Positions 7,876 to 13,775 of a stretch of 24,000 bases of DNA are shown piece after piece. Both the position numbers and the translations under genes were made by a program. Each line of letters starts with the position of its first letter. Position 1 is the first letter of the stretch. Source of the stretch: Gammaproteobacteria bacterium (lineage in GTDB: Bacteria; Pseudomonadota; Gammaproteobacteria; Pseudomonadales; JADFDG01). The stretch covers positions 121,137-145,136 of the forward strand of contig JADFDG010000006.1 in NCBI GenBank assembly GCA_018262975.1, read 5' to 3'. The notes under the pieces are model-generated. The model was not told the origin of the DNA, did not search any database, and saw nothing but the letters and a program-made list of their open reading frames with translations.

Positions 7876-9558
7876 TCACCAGGTGGTGCGGTAGGCGAAG
7901 CCGAAGTACATGATCTCGGCTTCGGTCTTGATGTCCAGGCCGCCGTAGGGGTTGTAGACAACATTGTCCAGGCCAGAGCAGTTGGCGTTGCAGCTAGTGT
8001 CCGCCGGGATGCTGTCCTTCGAGTGTACATACGAGAACGTGACGTCAACCTGCGAATCGCGATCCCACTTGTAGCCCAGGCCCAGACCATAGAGCACTGC
8101 CTCGTTGATCGGTACCAGCGGGCTGCGCTTGTCGTCAGGAATGGCTGACGCGCGCGGCTCGTAACCCAGGCGCAGCGTAAGACGATCCGTGAAATCCCAT
8201 TCCAGGCCCATGCCCAGGCTCCAGACGCTTTCGTAGCCCAGCGGCAGGCTCATGGAACTCTGGGTGACGCCCGGCGCCAGCAACCGCGCCAGGCCCAGCG
8301 CCGCAACGCTGCGGTCAAACTTGACGTTGAAGGCACTCCACTCGCTGAAGTCAGTCCAGCCGAGATCCATGTTGACCTTCCAGCGCGGCAGGAAACGGTA
8401 CTTGATACCGGTCTGCAGGTGCGCCGGGTACGTCAATTTCATCGACAACAGGCCGGTCTCCTCCTTCGGCACGAAACTCGGCATGCCGAGTACCGCAAGC
8501 GCGATCGCCCCGGTCGGCGATCCGCCAATGGAATTCAGCAGGTCGCGGGTGGGGTCCTCATAGGTGATGGTGTACTTGCCCTTGAGGTTCATCTTCGCTT
8601 CGGACTGCCACACCAGGCCCCAGGCAAAATTGTCGCTGGGCTCCCACAGCACGCCGAGGTTGTAGGTCGGCGACATGCGCTGTTCCATCGTGAGATCCAT
8701 CTTGGCGAGGCTCTCGAACGGATCCAGGCCCTCCTCTGCACCGCAGGCACCGAAGAGGAAGATGTCCAGCACGATATTCGACTCGCCGCGGAACGGCGCG
8801 CAGATGTCCTCATCGAGTACCCGCGCAAAACCGAGCAACTCGTTGGGCGTACGGAAATCCGTCTGCAGGGAAATCGCCATGTATGACAGGCCCACCGAGC
8901 CACCGACCGACCACCGGTCGTTGATCTGCCAGCCGAGCGACGGTGACAGGTAGGTGACGCGCTCAAGCGCAACCCGCTCACCGAGGAAGTTGCCGGGGTC
9001 GTCCGGCGCGCGGTGGAAACCGGCGATCATCGGCGCGTAGATGCCGTTGGCGAAGGTGAACTTGGAGCCAGCAGGCTTGATCGAGATGGCAGGCAGCGGG
9101 CCACCACCAACCGGACCCGGCGGCAGATCCACAACCTCGTCGATCACCGGCACGTACAACGAAACACCCTGCACGCTGCTGCGCCCGGTCTTGAACTCAC
9201 GGCAGTAGTCCGCGCCATCGTCGGACGGATCCGCGCATACCACCGGGTCATCGGAGAACCCGAATACCTCATACCCAGGCGGCGCGGTGAACTCCGAGTT
9301 CAGGGCAAAATCGGCCGCCAGAAACTGCAGGTCAATCCTGCGCCCTTCAAGCTTGGCAAGTCCCGCCGGGTTGAAGTGGATAGCGCTGATGCCCGGCGGG
9401 TCCGCGGTCACCGCGTTACCCAGCGCCATCGCGCGCGGATCCATCGCAATGTTGGTTGCCAGTTGTGCAGTGGCTGCCTGCGACACCAACAGTGTCGAGA
9501 GCACAGCCCACCGCAGACGCCCCTGCAAATTGATCATGCTCGGCCCTGTCCTATGCAT
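7876..9558 (-). CDS. Outer-membrane transport protein of the FadL/OMPP1/TodX family, enlarged (~555 aa) (FilD-like position)
   Basis: Track ORF of 560 aa; the alternative start is ATG 9537 (MINLQGRLRWAVLSTLLVSQAATA|QL signal peptide). FadL-type N-terminal hatch motif: ALGNAVTADPPGISAIHFNPAGLAKL. Beta-strand-rich sequence ending with the aromatic OMP terminus FGFAYRTTW. Confidence 0.85.
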   Translation of the reverse strand: MHRTGPSMINLQGRLRWAVLSTLLVSQAATAQLATNIAMDPRAMALGNAVTADPPGISAIHFNPAGLAKLEGRRIDLQFLAADFALNSEFTAPPGYEVFGFSDDPVVCADPSDDGADYCREFKTGRSSVQGVSLYVPVIDEVVDLPPGPVGGGPLPAISIKPAGSKFTFANGIYAPMIAGFHRAPDDPGNFLGERVALERVTYLSPSLGWQINDRWSVGGSVGLSYMAISLQTDFRTPNELLGFARVLDEDICAPFRGESNIVLDIFLFGACGAEEGLDPFESLAKMDLTMEQRMSPTYNLGVLWEPSDNFAWGLVWQSEAKMNLKGKYTITYEDPTRDLLNSIGGSPTGAIALAVLGMPSFVPKEETGLLSMKLTYPAHLQTGIKYRFLPRWKVNMDLGWTDFSEWSAFNVKFDRSVAALGLARLLAPGVTQSSMSLPLGYESVWSLGMGLEWDFTDRLTLRLGYEPRASAIPDDKRSPLVPINEAVLYGLGLGYKWDRDSQVDVTFSYVHSKDSIPADTSCNANCSGLDNVVYNPYGGLDIKTEAEIMYFGFAYRTTW

Positions 9559-9582
9559 CTTCGCCGGTGCCCGTGCGGAAGA

Positions 9583-10653
9583 TCACTTCTTGAGGCCGGA
9601 AATGTCGATCGGCAGCGAAATGCCGATAGTGACGTCCGAGGCCTCTTCGGTCAGGCCAAACCCGAAACCGACGTTGACGATACGCTTGGGCGACATCCGG
9701 ATGCCTACCGACGTACTGAAGGAGGCAGAGGTCGAATCCTCGGAGCCGACAAAGTCCCCGTTGCTGAACAGGTACTCGCTCTGGAAGGCATAGCTCTGCT
9801 GGTAAGACGCACTGACCGACAGGTCGTAGGACAGCGCGTAGGCCATGCCCATCGAAAAGCTGATGGAATCCCCCGGATGGAATTCGGTCAGGACGCGATC
9901 ACCGCGCGCCTGGTCCAGGTCGGTGACATCAAAACCCATGGTGTAGCTGACACTACCGAAGACCACCGCCGGGTCGATCACCTTGCTGACGGAGGCACCA
10001 ACGGAGCCCGCGTAATAGCCCTTGCCGGAGGAGAGATCGGTATTCGGGTTGATCTTGTAAGGGCTGTCACCGGTGGCGGTCGATGCCGTGGCGAACAGGG
10101 TGGTGACCGGCGCGCCGCGCTTGAGTGCGAACGGCTGCCAACGCATGCCAAACGACACGTCGCCCAGCGCCGCGCCGGAAACATCCTTGGCAGAGTCGTA
10201 CTTGAACACCAGCGGCAGGCGCACGTTGGCAGTCAGGTTGTTCCAGATACCGTAGTCGAACGAGAACGAGTTGGAGAATGAATGCTGCGCATCCTGCTCG
10301 ATCAGGAAGCGACTGATGCTGCCGCTGTCATTGAAGGCGATGTCGATGCGGTCGTTGCGGAAGTAGGAGTAATCGACCGAGAAATCCAGCGCCATCTCGC
10401 CGGACTTGAGCAGCGAATACTGCTTTTCGGCAGCCTGGAATACTTCCTCGAGGTTCTTCTCCGCGGTGACGTCGTCTTCCTTGGCAGTGAGTGCCTCCCG
10501 GGCCACGTCAGCGGTCGACGCGGGAGCCGCCGGCGTAGCGGCCGCCGGCGGGACTTCAGACGTCGCAGCCGGCGCGTCCTCGGCATGGACCGCGGGCACC
10601 ATGACAGCCATGACAAAGGCGGTCATCCACGAGGTACGGGCAAATGTCAGCAT
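9583..10653 (-). CDS. Secreted protein with Ala/Pro-rich linker, short predicted helix/coiled coil and C-terminal beta-barrel-like domain (putative OMP; FilC-like position, FapF-like architecture)
   Basis: Signal peptide: MLTFARTSWMTAFVMAVMVPAVHA|ED. Linker: APAATSEVPPAAATPAAPAST. Helical segment: EDDVTAEKNLEEVFQAAEKQYSLLKSGE. About 250 aa of alternating-hydrophobicity strands follow (SFSNSFSFDYGIW, SISFSMGMAYALSYDLSVSASY, IVNVGFGFGL). The C-terminus (ISGLKK) lacks the usual terminal aromatic residue, so OMP status is inferred. Confidence 0.7.
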   Translation of the reverse strand: MLTFARTSWMTAFVMAVMVPAVHAEDAPAATSEVPPAAATPAAPASTADVAREALTAKEDDVTAEKNLEEVFQAAEKQYSLLKSGEMALDFSVDYSYFRNDRIDIAFNDSGSISRFLIEQDAQHSFSNSFSFDYGIWNNLTANVRLPLVFKYDSAKDVSGAALGDVSFGMRWQPFALKRGAPVTTLFATASTATGDSPYKINPNTDLSSGKGYYAGSVGASVSKVIDPAVVFGSVSYTMGFDVTDLDQARGDRVLTEFHPGDSISFSMGMAYALSYDLSVSASYQQSYAFQSEYLFSNGDFVGSEDSTSASFSTSVGIRMSPKRIVNVGFGFGLTEEASDVTIGISLPIDISGLKK

Positions 10654-10718
10654 CTCTACGCGTCCTTCTTGTTGTTCTGTTGCATCACGCCGTCAACGGG
10701 CACCCGGCACACCACCGC

Positions 10719-11528
10719 TCAGTGGTTGTAGTAGGTGCGCAACGGCGCGTTGATGATTTCCAGCTTGCCTTCGGCATTCTCGACATAGATCGGCACCAGC
10801 GAGCTCGCGCGGTCGGCTTCCACTTCGCGCCCCGGCAGGAACACGTCCTGGGTAGCGAAGGCCAGGTGGCGAATGGTGCTCTCTTCCACGTAACGCAAGT
10901 CGGAGTCGGCGATATCCAGTTCACGCTTCGGCTCGAAGCCGTTGGGGAACACGATGAACAGCACGTTGTCGAGCCAGACTTCCTCGAAGCGTTCGATCGG
11001 GAAGGAAATATTGCCGAGCGCCGGATCTGCCACGAATACGCGGCCGTCGCGGAAGCCCTTAACCACGACAAAATGCTTGAAGCCGCCATAACCGATCGGC
11101 GCGATCGCCGGGTGGTCAAGCACGACGAGATCCTTGGTGGTAGCACGGAAGCCGCCACTGGGGTGACCGAGCGCGGTCACCAGACGCTTCATGTCGAGCA
11201 ACGAAAAACCACGGCGTTCGACGATCTTTTCGGTTTCACCAAAGCGCAACAGACCCTCCATGATCTGCCGTTCCTGGAACTGGCGACCGAGGTAACCGTT
11301 GAGCAAGGTGGTAAGGGCCGCGGAACCACAACTGTAGTCATATGCCTGACGAACAATGCCATGGTATTTAACGACACTGTCGGGCTTCACAGCGACATTG
11401 CGCTCGGGAATATCGACAAGGCGACCCGGATGATCGTAATGCACCACGCCTTCCGGCTGGTCCTCGACCACCGCGATATTGTTGATCGCCACGTAAAGCA
11501 TGATGGCGCCTGCCAAGACGGCAAACAT
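10719..11528 (-). CDS. Stand-alone, N-terminally membrane-anchored peptidase C39-like cysteine peptidase (FilB-like position)
   Basis: Track ORF of 269 aa. N-terminal hydrophobic anchor: MFAVLAGAIMLYVAI. C39 motifs: QAYDYSCGSAALTTLL (catalytic Cys context), GFKHFVVVKG (His), VFVADPALG (Asp). No ABC-transporter domain is fused or adjacent. Confidence 0.8.
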   Translation of the reverse strand: MFAVLAGAIMLYVAINNIAVVEDQPEGVVHYDHPGRLVDIPERNVAVKPDSVVKYHGIVRQAYDYSCGSAALTTLLNGYLGRQFQERQIMEGLLRFGETEKIVERRGFSLLDMKRLVTALGHPSGGFRATTKDLVVLDHPAIAPIGYGGFKHFVVVKGFRDGRVFVADPALGNISFPIERFEEVWLDNVLFIVFPNGFEPKRELDIADSDLRYVEESTIRHLAFATQDVFLPGREVEADRASSLVPIYVENAEGKLEIINAPLRTYYNH

Positions 11529-11676
11529 CGAACCCCCGGCCGTGGGAGGCTGCCTGCCCGGCCGGGCAAAACAGCCAATTTCTTGTTATGACGCGCTAGG
11601 TTAGCGACGGCAAGCATGGCGCCGCAACCCGGCCTGTGTAGACTTTTGTAATGCCAGATGTCGGGCACCACAATGC

Positions 11677-11704
11677 AAAAAGCCCGGCCGAAGCCGGGCT
11701 TTTT
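11677..11704 (-). terminator. Rho-independent terminator immediately after the first FilA-like gene (bidirectional shape)
   Basis: The minus-strand RNA reads AAAAAGCCCGGC-UUCG-GCCGGGCUUUUUG. That is a 7-bp GC stem, a UUCG tetraloop and a U5 tail, ~16 nt after the TAA at 11721-11723. Confidence 0.8.
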
Positions 11705-11720
11705 GTGGAGCAGGCGCGAA

Positions 11721-12584
11721 TTACGGCTTGCCGGAGATCGTGATCGTGGTGCCGTTCAGGTTCAGGCCCAGGATAGACACGTCGCCGATGACATCCGTGC
11801 TGGTGCCGAGGTACGCATCGGTCAGCAGCATGTCGATACCGGTCGCGCTACCCAGCGAGCCGACTTCGACCACCAGACCAGCGCCGGTCACGTTGATACC
11901 AACCGCACCAACGGCCAGCTGCGTGGTGGCGTTGTTGTTGTCGGCGATAAGGACGTTGGCGGCACCCAGCGAACCGGTGCTGTTAACGTCGTTCAGCGCG
12001 AAGTTGGCGATGCTGATACCACCGGTGATGGTGGTGCTGAGCGCGATCATGTGCGAGGTGCTGGCCGTGGCGGCACCGCCGGCGTCCTGCAGCTCGTTGC
12101 CCAGCTGGATGTTCAGGGTGGTGGCGCCCAGGGTGATGGTGGCAGAGTTCATCACGGTGGCGTTGAAGGCGGAATCCCAGTTCGACGTAACGTCGTCACG
12201 GCCGGAGTTGCCCACCTGGATGGCACCGGTGGTGATCGAAGTGCCCGTCGGGATGGACACGGCAACGTTCAACGTGGCGGTACCTGCGGCACCGGCCACG
12301 GTCTGGTCACCGGCATCGATGTTGATGCCGATACCGCCGACGCCGGTTACCAGCGCAAAGTTGTCGATGCGGATGGCACCGTCAGATGCCGCACCGGCAA
12401 AGCCGCCACGATCGTGGACGATGATGTCACCGCTGATTCCGGCAACCGGGGTGTCGATCTGGATCTGGATACCGTCCTGACCAGTCACGCCGGACAGGGT
12501 GGCGTCCTCGAGGGACTCAAGCGAGAAGCCGGCAACCGGAACGGAAGCGATCACGGCAGCAAGCGCCAGTTTCTTGAAGGTCAT
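11721..12584 (-). CDS. Secreted Gly/Thr/Ala/Asp-rich repeat-like protein, putative fibre subunit, paralogue 1 (FilA-like; I believe these are annotated DUF6160)
   Basis: Track ORF of 287 aa. GGAGAA SD 6 nt upstream. Signal peptide: MTFKKLALAAVIASVPVAGFS|LESL. Conserved block ESLEDATLSGVTGQDGI. No Cys. C-terminus: LNGTTITISGKP. Codon choice is rich in GGT/GTT/CGT by eye. Confidence 0.85.
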   Translation of the reverse strand: MTFKKLALAAVIASVPVAGFSLESLEDATLSGVTGQDGIQIQIDTPVAGISGDIIVHDRGGFAGAASDGAIRIDNFALVTGVGGIGINIDAGDQTVAGAAGTATLNVAVSIPTGTSITTGAIQVGNSGRDDVTSNWDSAFNATVMNSATITLGATTLNIQLGNELQDAGGAATASTSHMIALSTTITGGISIANFALNDVNSTGSLGAANVLIADNNNATTQLAVGAVGINVTGAGLVVEVGSLGSATGIDMLLTDAYLGTSTDVIGDVSILGLNLNGTTITISGKP

Positions 12585-12660
12585 TGTTGTTCTCCGAGTT
12601 TTACGATTCTGATTATTGTGCGTCGCAACAGCCGGTCACCACAGGTGAGCACGTGTCCGG

Positions 12661-12688
12661 AATCTAACACACTGGATACATTCCGCAA
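12661..12688 (-). promoter_or_regulatory. Candidate sigma70 promoter for FilA-like paralogue 1
   Basis: The minus strand reads TTGCGG (12688-12683), a 16-nt spacer, then TAGATT (12666-12661), ~75 nt upstream of ATG 12584. This is pattern match only; other AT-rich candidates exist nearer the start. Confidence 0.25.
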
Positions 12689-12772
12689 CAGCCCTGCAAC
12701 AACCGTCCGTCGTCGACCACTGGACATCGCTGCACCCCCCGGAACTCTCCAGAGGGCGCAACGCTCACTTCA

Positions 12773-13654
12773 TCACTTACCGGATACGAGGATCGTGCCG
12801 GTATTGATCTGCAGGCCCGCCATCTCGATGTCACCCACGTAACCCGGGGTGGTGGTGCCGAGGTAGACACGCTCCATGCGCACGTCCAGGCCATTGACCG
12901 CATCACCCACCTGGTTCAGGGTCACCAGCAGGCCGTCGGCAGTGCCCACGGTGTCGTCCTGGATGTCCACGCCAACGTCCACGGTCAGGTTCTCCGAACC
13001 GACGGCAAGGCCGCCGTCCGTCACGGTGATGGTGCCGGCACCGATGGCGCCGCCGCTGTTGGCGTCACGCACCGCGCCACCGGTAATGACCAGACCGCCA
13101 CCAATCTGGGTGTCGATCGAAATCATGTGGCCCTGCGGTTCGCTGGCCAGCTGGATGTTGACGGCGGTCTGGCCCAGGGTGACCGTCGCGCTGTCAACCA
13201 CTGCCGTCGGGTTGATGTTGTTGTAGCCCCACGCCGCGGCTTCGTCGCGGTTGGAGTTGGCAACCGAGATGGAACCGGTCTGCAGCACGGTGCCGTTGGG
13301 AATCTCCACGAACACGTTCAGCGTCGGGCCACCGGCGCCGCTGCTGTCCACCGAGTCGTCGCCGGCATCGATGTCAACCGCGATGGCGTTGCCACCGGTG
13401 TCCAGCCCAAAGCCCTGGATGACAATCGCGCCATCAAAGGTGTGGGTCGCGGCGGCCGCCACGCTGGCCAGGCCCGTCAGGCCGTCGGTGTCGTGCACGA
13501 TGAGGTTACTGGTCACATCGAGGTCGAGCTCGATGTGAATACCATCCTGGCCGGTCACGCCGGACAGGATGCCGTCGTCCAGCGACTCGACGGCGTAGGC
13601 GCCACTGGAAACAGCGGCGATGACGCTGGCAAGCACAAGCTTCTTGAAGGTCAT
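12773..13654 (-). CDS. Secreted Gly/Thr/Ala/Asp-rich repeat-like protein, putative fibre subunit, paralogue 2 (FilA-like)
   Basis: Track ORF 12773..13861 trimmed to ATG 13654, with GGAGAAG 6 nt upstream. Signal peptide: MTFKKLVLASVIAAVSSGAYA|VESL. Same conserved block (ESLDDGILSGVTGQDGI) and same C-terminal ending (INTGTILVSGK) as paralogue 1. Confidence 0.85.
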   Translation of the reverse strand: MTFKKLVLASVIAAVSSGAYAVESLDDGILSGVTGQDGIHIELDLDVTSNLIVHDTDGLTGLASVAAAATHTFDGAIVIQGFGLDTGGNAIAVDIDAGDDSVDSSGAGGPTLNVFVEIPNGTVLQTGSISVANSNRDEAAAWGYNNINPTAVVDSATVTLGQTAVNIQLASEPQGHMISIDTQIGGGLVITGGAVRDANSGGAIGAGTITVTDGGLAVGSENLTVDVGVDIQDDTVGTADGLLVTLNQVGDAVNGLDVRMERVYLGTTTPGYVGDIEMAGLQINTGTILVSGK

Positions 13655-13775
13655 GTTGTTCTTCTCCGTAGTGTTGTATTGAACCGGCAGCCGCTGCGCA
13701 TCCGCGACAACACCCCGGTTCCGGGGTAACGCAACCAAACACGCCAAGGTACTCCCCAGCCCCTGGCGCCCTCCG

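Noticed and set aside
11529-11720. Possible small ORF or sRNA in the 192-nt gap between FilA-like paralogue 1 and the peptidase gene (track ORF 11387..11671 minus)
   Set aside because: The track ORF overlaps the peptidase gene's 5' end out of frame and has no SD. The gap is adequately explained by the terminator hairpin plus a probable internal promoter or 5' UTR. No independent structure was seen.
13690-13725. Hairpin ACCCCG-GAAC-CGGGGT downstream of the adhesin gene as a terminator
   Set aside because: It has only a 6-bp stem and is followed by GUUGUC rather than a U-tract. That is too weak to call, and read-through into the FilA-like genes remains possible.
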